Positions 48,823-58,362 of a stretch of DNA of 60,159 bases are shown in pieces. The stretch comes from Polyangiales bacterium (GTDB taxonomy: Bacteria > Myxococcota_A > Polyangia > Polyangiales > Polyangiaceae), in the NCBI GenBank assembly GCA_038231275.1, contig JBBRLQ010000041.1:1-60159 (forward strand), written 5' to 3'. The position numbers were made by a program, and so were the translations under genes. The first letter of the stretch is position 1, and each line of letters starts with the position of its first letter. The notes under the pieces are model-generated. The model had not been told where the DNA came from. It searched no databases and worked only from the letters and a program-made list of their open reading frames with translations.

Positions 48823-51486
48823 TCAACGGCAGCGGAGCGGGAGGCCCTCGAGCTTGCCGGTACTTCCGCGGTAGACCACGTTCGACGCGACAGCCTCGCG
48901 CGCGCGGCCGTCGGGGCCTGCCTCGACGCAAAGAACCGAAAAATCGGACGACGTGTCGCCGGTCTCGGGATCGAAGTCCAGACGCGTGGCGGCGCCATCG
49001 AGGTCGACGGGACGGCCTGCGCGCAGGGCGCCAAAGACGTCGAAGATTTTCGTCGGACCCACCTCGATCGAGACTCGCCCGCCGTCGGCCGCGGGAATGC
49101 TCGAGAAGCGAGGGAGCTGCGCCGAGAGCGCGCGCCCGTCCACCACCGCGTCGCCGAGCGCGAAGATGCCGTAAGCCACCGCATACATCGCGTCGTAGAC
49201 GGCGCCTGGCGTGGCCGCGCGGGGCACCTTCGGCGAGAAGACCTCGTTGTAGCGGTTCATCAGCTTCGCGTTCGCGGGCGTCGCGCTGGACGGCGTCACG
49301 CCGAGGAACCGAAGGCGGCGCTCGTCGTCTCTGCCGAGGAACGTGAAGAAGTCGTCGCCGACAACGTAGCCGGCGACGATGTAGCGCGGCCGGGGGCGCG
49401 CGGCCGGCCAGCGCTCCTCGACTGGGGCGACGATCTCTTTCACGATCTGCGTCACGCCGGGCAACAGAATGACGTGTGGCTGGAACGAGAGGATCTGCTC
49501 CACCGTCGGCGCCGCGTCCTTGACCGGAAAATCGAATGCCGCGTCCCGATACGCGTCGCCGTTCGCGAGCGCGCTCTTCCCATTCCACCGCAGCTGGTTG
49601 AAATACACCTCCGAAATGCTGAGGCCTGCGGTATTTCGCACACGAAGCAGGAGCACTCGTAGGACCTCGCCCGGCTTCAGCGCAGGCGCGAGCATCGGCT
49701 CGACCACGCGCTCGAGCAACGCTGCGGTAGGGGCGACCGATTGCGCGCTGCTCACCGTCGTCCTCCACACCATCCGCGGCGAACCGGGCGGGTGCGGGAT
49801 CGTCGAGAGCAGCGGGCTCTGGTTCTGGGTCGCCATCGCGACGATGCCGTTGGGGATGAAGACCGCGCCCGCGAGGTCGATCACCTCCTGGCTCGCGCTG
49901 AAGCCGATGACCGCGGGCACACGGAGCTCGACGAGGTGCCGCGCGCTCTCGATGGGCTGCTCGGCGTCGTCGCACGCCACGAGGCCAAGAGGGCGCGGCG
50001 GCCGGTCCCCCGTGAGGTAGGGGACCCCGCGGGCGATCGTCACGAAGTCACGACGCGCGAGCTCCGCGGCGTTTTGGCTCTCGCGCCCGAATTGCTCCGC
50101 CAGTGGACCGCTCGTGGGGAACATCGTCCCGAGCCAGATCGTCGCGTCGTTCTCCACATCGCCCGGCTCCGCGATCACCTTGCACCGCGGCGACTCGAGC
50201 GATACGCACGCGCCGTCGCTCTTCCGGCACACGAAGGGTCTCCCGCCGTGCTCCTTCACGCACGCCGCGTTTGTGGCGCACCGCGCGGGCACCGCGATCG
50301 CGCTCGGGCTCGACGACGATGCCGGAACGGGGACCTTCGTGCCACGCGTCACCCACACCACTCCGAGCGCGACCGCCGCAACGCCGAGCGCGCCGATGAC
50401 CGTGCGCCGCAAGGTCCCTGATCGCGACGGGTCACCCGTCCGCGCGAGGGCGCCTCGCGGAACGCTCGGCGTCAGCGTCGCCCCGCTCTGCGTCGCGCCG
50501 CGCTCCTGCATCGCGGCGAGCGGCGGCGGACCGGCGACGCCCGGATCCTCGTCCCCGGCGAGGCGCCGCGCGATCTGCGCTTCGATCGACGCTCGTTCGT
50601 CCACGAAGAGCTCGGTCATCGCCGCCGCGGCGTCACGCTCCGTGGCGCGCGCACCGAGCGCTTCGATTTGCTCTTCGAGCGCCGCCCGCATCTCCGCCGC
50701 CGTCGCGAAGCGATCGTCCGGCGAGCGCGCGAGCGCTTTCATACACACTGCGTCGAGCGCCTCCGGCACGTCCGGGCGCACTTCGCGCGGCCGCTCGATT
50801 TCGCCGCGATCGAGCTTGTGGAAGATCTGGACCTCCGGCACCCCTTGCCACAGCCGGCGCCCCGTCAAGAGCTGCCAGAGAATGACGCCGACCGCGAAGA
50901 GGTCCGCGCGCCGATCGACCTTCGCGCGCGTCGCCTGCTCGGGCGACATGTACGTGAGCTTTCCCTTCACGACGCCGGTGGTCGTGTCGCTCGTCGCGTC
51001 GGCCGCCTTGGCGATGCCGAAATCGAGGAGCTTCACCGCGCCCTCGTAGGTCACCATCACGTTGTGCGGCGACACATCGCGGTGCACGACCGACAGCGGA
51101 CTGCCATCCTCCGCCCTGAGCTCGTGCGCATAGTCGAGCGCTGCCAGAATTTCCGACACGACGTGCAGCGCGAGAGGTCGCGGGACGTCGCGGTCGCCGT
51201 ACCGACGGACGAGGGCGTCGAGGGTCTGGCCGTCGAGGTACTCCATCTCGAGGAAGTAGCGCGCGCCGTCGAAGCCCACGTCGGACGTGACCACGACGTT
51301 CGGGTGATGGAGGCGCATCGCGAGCTTCGCCTCGTCGAGGAAGCTCTGCAGGAACGACGGCTGCATCGCGAGATCGCCGCGCAGGTGCTTGACGACGCAG
51401 AGGCCTGCCGCCGTCGACGCCAAGAACACGGTCCCCATGCCACCGCGTCCAAGCTCGAAGAGGAGGCGATGCTTCGGCGTGCTCAT
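48823..51486 (-). CDS. Receptor-like Ser/Thr kinase with extracytoplasmic periplasmic-binding-protein (LivJ-like) domain
   Basis: GRGGMG, HRDVSPHN, DFG, GKLTYMSPE; TM TVIGALGVAAVALGVVWV; Cys module; IWLGTMFP.., VACDD, AVYDAMYAVAY. Confidence 0.88.
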   Translation of the reverse strand: MSTPKHRLLFELGRGGMGTVFLASTAAGLCVVKHLRGDLAMQPSFLQSFLDEAKLAMRLHHPNVVVTSDVGFDGARYFLEMEYLDGQTLDALVRRYGDRDVPRPLALHVVSEILAALDYAHELRAEDGSPLSVVHRDVSPHNVMVTYEGAVKLLDFGIAKAADATSDTTTGVVKGKLTYMSPEQATRAKVDRRADLFAVGVILWQLLTGRRLWQGVPEVQIFHKLDRGEIERPREVRPDVPEALDAVCMKALARSPDDRFATAAEMRAALEEQIEALGARATERDAAAAMTELFVDERASIEAQIARRLAGDEDPGVAGPPPLAAMQERGATQSGATLTPSVPRGALARTGDPSRSGTLRRTVIGALGVAAVALGVVWVTRGTKVPVPASSSSPSAIAVPARCATNAACVKEHGGRPFVCRKSDGACVSLESPRCKVIAEPGDVENDATIWLGTMFPTSGPLAEQFGRESQNAAELARRDFVTIARGVPYLTGDRPPRPLGLVACDDAEQPIESARHLVELRVPAVIGFSASQEVIDLAGAVFIPNGIVAMATQNQSPLLSTIPHPPGSPRMVWRTTVSSAQSVAPTAALLERVVEPMLAPALKPGEVLRVLLLRVRNTAGLSISEVYFNQLRWNGKSALANGDAYRDAAFDFPVKDAAPTVEQILSFQPHVILLPGVTQIVKEIVAPVEERWPAARPRPRYIVAGYVVGDDFFTFLGRDDERRLRFLGVTPSSATPANAKLMNRYNEVFSPKVPRAATPGAVYDAMYAVAYGIFALGDAVVDGRALSAQLPRFSSIPAADGGRVSIEVGPTKIFDVFGALRAGRPVDLDGAATRLDFDPETGDTSSDFSVLCVEAGPDGRAREAVASNVVYRGSTGKLEGLPLRCR

Positions 51487-51493
51487 GGGGACG

Positions 51494-52900
51494 TCAGCGC
51501 CCCTTGCGAGGCCGCGCCATCCCGAAGGTTTCGAGCTTGTTCATGAGCGTGAAGCGCGAGATGCCGAGGACCTTCGCCGCCTGGCTCTGGTTTCCCGCGT
51601 GCTTGGCGAGCGCGTCCTCGATGCGCTGCTTCTCGAGATCGCGCAGGCGTGATTTGAGCTCGTCCTCCGCGTCGGCCTGCGGGGCCTGGTCCCTTTTCTT
51701 TGCGACACGATCACCGAACGCTTCGGGATCGGCGACGGCGAGGTGCTCCTCGTCGATCGAGGCTCCCGCGGAGAGGAGCACCGCGCGATCGAGCACGTTC
51801 CGGAGCTCGCGCACGTTGCCCGGCCAGTCGTAGGCCTCGAGCCGCGCCATCGCCGTCGCGGTCAGCGCGGGCGTCTTTCGCTTCGACGCCTTCGCTGCTT
51901 TCTCGATGAACATTTCCGCGAGCGCGCGGACGTCGGCGCGTCGACTGCGCAAGGGCGGCAGGTGGATGCTCATCCCGTCGAGCCGAAAATAGAGATCGGC
52001 GCGGAAGCGCTGCTCCGCGATCAGCGCGCGCAAATCGCGGTGCGTCGCCGACACGAAGCGGACGTCGACGGTGATCGGTCGCACGCTCCCCAGCCGCATC
52101 ACCTCGCCGCTCTCGAGGACGCGGAGCAGTCGAGCTTGCGTCGCGAGCGGCACCTCGCCGATCTCGTCGAGGAAGACGGTCCCTCCCTCCGCCGACTCGA
52201 AAATCCCAGGCTTACGGCTCGTCGCGCCGGTGAACGCGCCCTTCTCGTAGCCGAAGAGCTCCGCCTCGAGCAAGGTCTCGGGGAGCGCCGCGCAGTGCAC
52301 GGGGACGAACGGACCGCGCGCGCGCGACGATCGCGCGTGGAGCGCGTCGGCGTAGACCTCTTTGCCCACGCCGGTCTCGCCGAGGATGAGCACGCTGAGC
52401 GGGCTCGGCGCGACGACGTCGAGGAGCGCATAGAGGTGCCGCATCGCAGGATCCGCGATCACCGCGGAGTGGGTCCGCCTGCTCTTGCGCGGCGAGGGTG
52501 CCGGCGCGAGCCCCTCACTCGGCGGGAGGCCTCGCTGGAGGACGATCATCACCCCGCCCAACTCGATCGGCGTCCCCAGCGCGATCGTCGCAGGCGCACG
52601 CGGAGCGACGCGTTGCCCGGCGACGACGGTTCCGTTCTTGCTCCCGAGATCGCAGATCGTGACGTCCTCTTCGAAGGAGAGGCGCGCGTGCTCGCGGGAC
52701 AGCGAGTCGTCCTCGATGACGATGTCGCACGACGCGCCGCGCCCGATCGTGAACGCCTTTCTTCCCTGGAGCGCAACGACGCGCGTTCCGGCCGGCGTGC
52801 TCACCAGAAGGGAGGTCCCGTCGTTGCCTCCATAGCGCGATCGCGCGGGCGCTCGGTAGGTTCGCGTCGCGTCGGGAGTGTCCGGGTGCTTCGACGCCAA
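51494..52900 (-). CDS. FHA-domain sigma54-dependent enhancer-binding protein
   Basis: [51 protein letters not shown], Fis HTH; probable TTG start after GGAG. Confidence 0.92.
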   Translation of the reverse strand: MASKHPDTPDATRTYRAPARSRYGGNDGTSLLVSTPAGTRVVALQGRKAFTIGRGASCDIVIEDDSLSREHARLSFEEDVTICDLGSKNGTVVAGQRVAPRAPATIALGTPIELGGVMIVLQRGLPPSEGLAPAPSPRKSRRTHSAVIADPAMRHLYALLDVVAPSPLSVLILGETGVGKEVYADALHARSSRARGPFVPVHCAALPETLLEAELFGYEKGAFTGATSRKPGIFESAEGGTVFLDEIGEVPLATQARLLRVLESGEVMRLGSVRPITVDVRFVSATHRDLRALIAEQRFRADLYFRLDGMSIHLPPLRSRRADVRALAEMFIEKAAKASKRKTPALTATAMARLEAYDWPGNVRELRNVLDRAVLLSAGASIDEEHLAVADPEAFGDRVAKKRDQAPQADAEDELKSRLRDLEKQRIEDALAKHAGNQSQAAKVLGISRFTLMNKLETFGMARPRKGR

Positions 52901-52934
52901 TGTGCTCCAATCATAGAGCGGAAGTGCGCCGACG

Positions 52935-54596
52935 TCAGGGGTTCTGCAGGCACTCCGGCGGCACGGGCGCTCCCGTCGCGCAGAGCGCCTGACCCGCGGG
53001 CGTCGTGGGCGGCACGATCTGCAGCACCGCGCGTAGACCTTGCGACGCGAGCACCGCGCGAGGCTTGCCCGCACACGACGACGGATTCACGCCTTTGTCC
53101 CAGTCCCCTTCGGCGGCCGCACACCCTCCGAGCTCGTTCGGCACCGTCCACGCCTGCCCCGTCGGATAGACGACGTTGATCCCGTATTTGCCAGCCGGCA
53201 GACACCCGAGCTTGATGTCGCGGAGGAGCCTGCCCTGCGCCTTCCTCAGCGCGGCGGGATCGAGCAGCGGCTTGTCCGGAGGATCCGAAGGATCGGGGCT
53301 CGTCCCCTTGAAATACGGCGTCACGAGCACGCCCCCGCGATCGATCGCGCGCGGATCGAAGCAGATGACGCTCGGTCGCACGAGCGCCACGAAGTGATCG
53401 CGCACGTTTGCGGGACCCGGCGTCGTGTCGGGCGGATCGAGCGCGGTGCCGATGAGCGTGTCCTCCCACAGCGTGATGCCTTGGATGACGACGATCGGCT
53501 TGGTCGCGTCCCCTTGCGGCGTCTGGCCCGACGGATCATCGTCGTCGAGCTTCGCGAGCACGACGAGGGGCCAGATCTGCGGAACGATCGTCGCCTGCCC
53601 GGCCGTCTCCGGGATGCTGACGCCTGCGCTCCATTGCACGATGCCGCCCGTCGCCGACAGCTGCAAATCGAACGGCGCATCGGCCGCCGCCTTCGCCTCC
53701 GCCGCCGCCATGCCGAAGTCGAGCCGCAGCGAGACGAAGCTGTCCTGGAACGCCTTCACGTAGTTGGGGAGGAGCGTCGCGGGCTGCGCGAGCACGTGAT
53801 GATCCTGCGTCATCGTCGCGATCGGCGTAAAATTAGGGTCGAGCGCGTCCGATCCCTCCGGATGGAAGTACGGCCGCGAGAAGGGCAAGAGCGCGCCGAG
53901 CGTCAGCGGCACGCCGTCGCGCACGAAGCCCTGCGCCGGCATCGTGAACGTGGGGATCGCGCCCGCCGGCGAGCCCGCGGGCAGCGCGTCCGGCGTGCCG
54001 ACGTCGGCAGGCAGAAAAATCGGGACGTAGCCCGGATCGCCGAGGTGCTTCGCAGCGTCGTTCGTGTCGAGGTACCCGCCGCCGACGTCGCCGGCGAGTG
54101 GCAAATTCCGGAACTTGAACGTCGGCAAGAACTGTCCCGCGGTGTCATAGAAGCTCTGGATGACGTACGAGCCCGCCTCGAGCGGCGCGATGGCGTACGG
54201 CGCGCTCGCCGAGATCGTCTCGGTGAATCCGTGTTCCTTCGGGCAATACAGCGTCGGCCCCGTCTCGCGCGGCTCGCTCGCGAAGAGGACGTCGCCCGGC
54301 ACGGTGGCGAAGTTGAGCGCGGTCGTCGCGAGGCCGGCCGGCGGCGGCGGGTTCCTGCGATCGAACACCAGCACGATCGCCGCGCCCACGATGTGCCCGT
54401 CCTGCGAGCACGGCCTCGGCCCTTGGTACGAAAGCGTGCCGCGCACGACGCCCTTCGCCGGATAGAGCCGCTTGTCGGCGCGCGCGTCGTCGATCGTCAC
54501 CGAGTCACACGCCCCCAGCGCGCACGCCGCAGCGACGCCCACCAGCACGAGCGAGGCGAGCGAGGCGAACGGCGTTTGGGAGAGGTGGCGCGTCAT
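52935..54596 (-). CDS. Hypothetical Pro/Gly-rich lipoprotein coupled to the TonB receptor
   Basis: Lipobox LGAC; starts 2 nt after the receptor stop. Confidence 0.75.
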   Translation of the reverse strand: MTRHLSQTPFASLASLVLVGVAAACALGACDSVTIDDARADKRLYPAKGVVRGTLSYQGPRPCSQDGHIVGAAIVLVFDRRNPPPPAGLATTALNFATVPGDVLFASEPRETGPTLYCPKEHGFTETISASAPYAIAPLEAGSYVIQSFYDTAGQFLPTFKFRNLPLAGDVGGGYLDTNDAAKHLGDPGYVPIFLPADVGTPDALPAGSPAGAIPTFTMPAQGFVRDGVPLTLGALLPFSRPYFHPEGSDALDPNFTPIATMTQDHHVLAQPATLLPNYVKAFQDSFVSLRLDFGMAAAEAKAAADAPFDLQLSATGGIVQWSAGVSIPETAGQATIVPQIWPLVVLAKLDDDDPSGQTPQGDATKPIVVIQGITLWEDTLIGTALDPPDTTPGPANVRDHFVALVRPSVICFDPRAIDRGGVLVTPYFKGTSPDPSDPPDKPLLDPAALRKAQGRLLRDIKLGCLPAGKYGINVVYPTGQAWTVPNELGGCAAAEGDWDKGVNPSSCAGKPRAVLASQGLRAVLQIVPPTTPAGQALCATGAPVPPECLQNP

Positions 54597-54598
54597 CG

Positions 54599-57088
54599 TC
54601 AAAACCGGTAGGCGAAGTTGCCCATCACGCGCCGCCCCATGAGCTGCCCGAACGGGTGCTCGCGGTGCTCGGAGCCGAGCAGGTTGAAGGCCATCACGCT
54701 CGCGTCGGCGTGATCGTCGAGGAACCGATACCCGAGGCGCGCGTTGAGGAGCGTGTACGCCTCGAGCGGGAATTGCTGGTACTCGATGCGCTGCGCCGCG
54801 AGGTTGATGACCTGCTCCGCCCAGGTCTGCGGAGAGACGTAGTGAAAGTCGATCGACCCGTCGATGCCCGGCTTGGTGCGGAGCTGCACGCCGACGTTGA
54901 TCTTGTGCGCGCTCGTGCGGTCGTCCCGGACGATGAGCGCCTTCTCCGCGTCGGTGCAGCTCGAGTTGTCCTGCTTCAAGACATGAAGCGTGTAGTTTGC
55001 ATACACATCGAGCCCCTCGAGCGGGAACGTGCGGACGCCGGCCTCTGCGCCATAGACGTTGTAGGTCTGGCACTGGTTGTTGAAGCCGCCGAGGAAGAGC
55101 GGAAAGAGTCCGGTGCTCGGATCGTATTTGCCGAGCCCCGCCGCGAGATCGCCCGTCGTCACAGTACGGTTCGGCGCGAGCTGGATCAGGTTCTTCGCGC
55201 GGTTGAAGTACACCGCGGTGTCGAGGACGAAGAGCTCGCTGTCCTGGCTCAGGTAGCCGAGCTCGGCGGTGAAGTTGTTCTCGGGCTGCACCTTGAACTT
55301 CGGATCGTCGGAGCGCTGCCCCTCGCTGATGAGCGCGCCGCCCGCGACCGGCAGCTGCACGGGGATGTTCAGGTACGACTCGAGGAACGTCGGCGTCCGG
55401 AACGCGGTGGCGACGATTCCGCGGATGGTCGACTGCTTCGTCGGGTGCACGAGCACGGTGCCGCGCGGCGACTGCACGAACTTTTCGAGGTACGGCACGT
55501 AGTCGAGCCGGTAGTCGCCGACGAGCCCGACGTACTCCCCGAGCTTGATCGCGTCGTGCACGTAGAGCGACTCGTGGTTCTCGTAGCGCGTGCGATCGAG
55601 GTACGTCCAGGCGACCTCTTTGTAGCGGTAGCCGGCGCCGACGTGCAGATCGTGGGCGATGCCTTTGCCGGTCTCGAACTCCTGGATGTACTGCACCTCG
55701 CCGTCGACGACGTTCTGATCGGCGCGGCCCGGCAGGAGCGTCTGCCCGATCTGCGCGGCGTTCAGGCCGAACGGCGTGCGGAAGCGGTTCCAGAAGACGC
55801 GCGCCTCGATGTGCTTGCTGACGACGCGCGCGGTCAGATCGGAGGAGGTGAAGTCGTTCAGGATGACGTCATTGAGCGGGCCAATTCCGAGAATCTCGGC
55901 TTGGCCCTGCGCGAGGCCGCCGCCGAGTCCGAGGCTGACCCCCTTTCCGAGCGTGCGCGTCACCTGCATGTTCACGCGCGTCGTGCGGCCGCTCGCGTCC
56001 TGATCGGGTGAGTAGAGGTGCAGATCGGCGCGGCCGTTCGGGACCTCGCGGCTCCAGCGCGGCGTGTAGTCGTAGCCGGCGGACGCGCGCCAGGCGAGCT
56101 GGCCTTCGCGCCCGGTCGCCCAGAAGCTGCCGTGCGCTTGGTTGTGATCGCCATAACCCGCGTTGACGCCGCTCTTCCCTTCGCCAGGCGTCCTCGTGAT
56201 GATGTTGATGACGCCGTTGAACGCGTCGGAGCCGTAGAGCGCGGAGCCGGGGCCGCGCACCACCTCGATGCGCTCGATGTCCTCGACGCCGATCGAGAGG
56301 GTCTGCCAGAACGTGGCGCCGAGGAGATCGACGTAGACGCTGCGTCCGTCGACGAGCACCAGGATCTTGTTCGACAGGCGCTGGTTGAAGCCGCGCAGGC
56401 TCACCTCGGTCTGCGCGCCGGTGACCTCCATGATGTCGACGCCGGCGAGGCGACGGAGCAGCTCCGGGATCTTCGTGATGCCCGAGAGCCGGATGTCCTG
56501 CTCGGTGATGATCGACGTGGAGTTCGGCGCGTCGAGCGGGCTCTGCGCGGCCTTCGAGGCCGTTACGACGGTCTCCTCGAAGACGTCCTCGGTCTTCTTC
56601 ACGCCGAGATCGGCGGGCGGAGTCGGAGTCGGAGTCGGAGTCGGAGTCGGAGTCGGAGTCGGAGTCGGAGTCGGAGTCGGAGTCGGAGTCGGAGTCGGAG
56701 TCGGGGTCGGCGGGATGTCCCCACGCGCCGCGGCGGCGACCGCTTGCTGCCGCTTGATCCGGCCCTCGAGGTTCCCGACGATCTGCTGCACCTCGTCGCG
56801 ATCGGCCGGGTTGCCCTCGAGGTACTTCTTGTAGTTGACGACGGCCCCCTCGAGGTCGCCGCTCTCCGCGTGTGCGCGCGCGATGTTGTAGAGGACGTTC
56901 GGGTGCGGGAGGATCTCGTATGCGCGCTGCAGCTCGGCGATGCCCTCTTCGTAGTGGCCGTTGGAGATGGCGCTCATCCCCTTCTTGAAGTGACCCCGGG
57001 CCTCCGTGCGCGCATCGGCCCACGCCGCTCCCCCCCAGGAAAGCACCGAAAGTGCGGCGACGACGGCGACGAAGATGCCCCTTCGCAT
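54599..57088 (-). CDS. TonB-dependent receptor with N-terminal TPR domain and (PT)n linker
   Basis: Signal AAWA; TPR EARGHFKKG..PHPNVLYNIARAH; TonB box ETVVTAS; IERIEVVRGPGSALYG; C-terminal YRF. Confidence 0.92.
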   Translation of the reverse strand: MRRGIFVAVVAALSVLSWGGAAWADARTEARGHFKKGMSAISNGHYEEGIAELQRAYEILPHPNVLYNIARAHAESGDLEGAVVNYKKYLEGNPADRDEVQQIVGNLEGRIKRQQAVAAAARGDIPPTPTPTPTPTPTPTPTPTPTPTPTPTPTPTPPADLGVKKTEDVFEETVVTASKAAQSPLDAPNSTSIITEQDIRLSGITKIPELLRRLAGVDIMEVTGAQTEVSLRGFNQRLSNKILVLVDGRSVYVDLLGATFWQTLSIGVEDIERIEVVRGPGSALYGSDAFNGVINIITRTPGEGKSGVNAGYGDHNQAHGSFWATGREGQLAWRASAGYDYTPRWSREVPNGRADLHLYSPDQDASGRTTRVNMQVTRTLGKGVSLGLGGGLAQGQAEILGIGPLNDVILNDFTSSDLTARVVSKHIEARVFWNRFRTPFGLNAAQIGQTLLPGRADQNVVDGEVQYIQEFETGKGIAHDLHVGAGYRYKEVAWTYLDRTRYENHESLYVHDAIKLGEYVGLVGDYRLDYVPYLEKFVQSPRGTVLVHPTKQSTIRGIVATAFRTPTFLESYLNIPVQLPVAGGALISEGQRSDDPKFKVQPENNFTAELGYLSQDSELFVLDTAVYFNRAKNLIQLAPNRTVTTGDLAAGLGKYDPSTGLFPLFLGGFNNQCQTYNVYGAEAGVRTFPLEGLDVYANYTLHVLKQDNSSCTDAEKALIVRDDRTSAHKINVGVQLRTKPGIDGSIDFHYVSPQTWAEQVINLAAQRIEYQQFPLEAYTLLNARLGYRFLDDHADASVMAFNLLGSEHREHPFGQLMGRRVMGNFAYRF
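56619..56702. repeat. Perfect hexanucleotide repeat (GGAGTC)x14 encoding a Thr-Pro linker
   Basis: 84 nt of identical units, followed by one variant GGGGTC. Confidence 0.95.
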
Positions 57089-57206
57089 CGGGTTCCGCCG
57101 ACAATACAGGATCTTAGGGCGAACCTACCAGAACCGACAGGTCACTCGAATGACCAATGCGCATGGCGGATGGATTCTGCAAGACTCAACCTGTGTGGGT
57201 TCTGTC

Positions 57207-58349
57207 ATGAGCATCGCGGCGGGAGCTCGGGTGGGCTCGCGCTATCGGCTCCTCGCGCCTCTGGGCGACGGAGCGATGGGGACGGTGTGGCGCGCGTACG
57301 ACTCCGTCCTCGAGATCGAGGTCGCGCTCAAGCTCCTCCGCAACCCCGCCGCCGATCGCGTCACGATGCTCGCGCGCTTCGCCCACGAGGCCGAGCTGTC
57401 CGCGCGCATGATCAGCCCGAACGTCGTGCGGGTCATCGACCGCGGGGTCGATGACGCAGGCCTCCCCTATATCGCCTACGAGCTGCTCGAAGGGGACGAG
57501 CTCGGCGAACGGTTGGGCCGTGAGAGTCGCCTCTCCCTGGCGTTGTGCGCGGCGATCATCGTCCAGGTGTGCCGCGCCCTCGCGCGCGCCCACGGCGTCG
57601 GCGTCGTTCACCAGGACATCAAGCCCGAGAACATCTTCTTGTGTGTGGACGACGACGGGCACCCGCTCGTGAAGCTCATCGATTTCGGCATTGCTCAACT
57701 GAGCAAGCCGACGAGCGGCTCGGCGCGTGACGCGATTGGCGGCACGCTCGAGTACATGGCCCCCGAGGTGCTGATCGACGGAAAGACCCCCGACGCACGG
57801 AGCGATCTCTACGGCCTCGGCGTCGTCGCGTACGAGTGCTTCGTCGGACGCGTCCCCTACCCGGCGGACACGTTGAGCCAGGCTCTGCACGCGCACAAGC
57901 AAACGACCCCTGCCGCTCCCTCCAAGCTTCGCGCGGTGAAGGACGGGCTCGGCGCCGCGCTCGACGCGTGGTTCGCGAAGGCAATCCACCGCGACCCGGC
58001 GCGGCGCTTCTCCTCCGCGAAGGAGATGGCGGAGGCGTTCGTGCAAGTCCACCGCCCGAAGATCGCGCACGCGCCGACGAACGCTCCCGCCCCCGGCGCA
58101 AAACCGGCGAGCACGCCGCCCCGAAAAATGCGCGGGACGTTCCCGTCGCTGAGCGAAGTCGATCTGACCGAGAGCCCGCCGAGCATGCGACCGCGGATGG
58201 GCCGCACGTCGTCGGAGTACAGCGTCGTTTCGGATTCGACCGACCTGCGCCCGCGCGAGGGGCCCAAGAGTCAGCCGCGCGTGGGACCGAAGAGCTCGCG
58301 GCCCAAGAGCTCGCGGCCCAAGAGCTCGCGGCCCAAGAGCTCGAAGTAG
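57207..58349 (+). CDS. Cytoplasmic Ser/Thr protein kinase (HQD variant)
   Basis: GDGAMGTVW, VALK, HQDIKPEN, DFG, GTLEYMAPE; no TM; C-terminal PKSSR repeats. Confidence 0.9.
   Translation: MSIAAGARVGSRYRLLAPLGDGAMGTVWRAYDSVLEIEVALKLLRNPAADRVTMLARFAHEAELSARMISPNVVRVIDRGVDDAGLPYIAYELLEGDELGERLGRESRLSLALCAAIIVQVCRALARAHGVGVVHQDIKPENIFLCVDDDGHPLVKLIDFGIAQLSKPTSGSARDAIGGTLEYMAPEVLIDGKTPDARSDLYGLGVVAYECFVGRVPYPADTLSQALHAHKQTTPAAPSKLRAVKDGLGAALDAWFAKAIHRDPARRFSSAKEMAEAFVQVHRPKIAHAPTNAPAPGAKPASTPPRKMRGTFPSLSEVDLTESPPSMRPRMGRTSSEYSVVSDSTDLRPREGPKSQPRVGPKSSRPKSSRPKSSRPKSSK
58287..58343 (+). repeat. 15-bp tandem repeat x3.8 encoding PKSSR
   Basis: CCSAAGAGCTCGCGG units. Confidence 0.85.
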
Positions 58350-58362
58350 ACGCGGAGCTCCC

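Noticed and set aside
56619..56702. Repeat as a CRISPR array, or as an RS- or DS-repeat protein in other frames
   Set aside because: No spacers or cas genes; only the Thr-Pro frame lies within a recognisable protein
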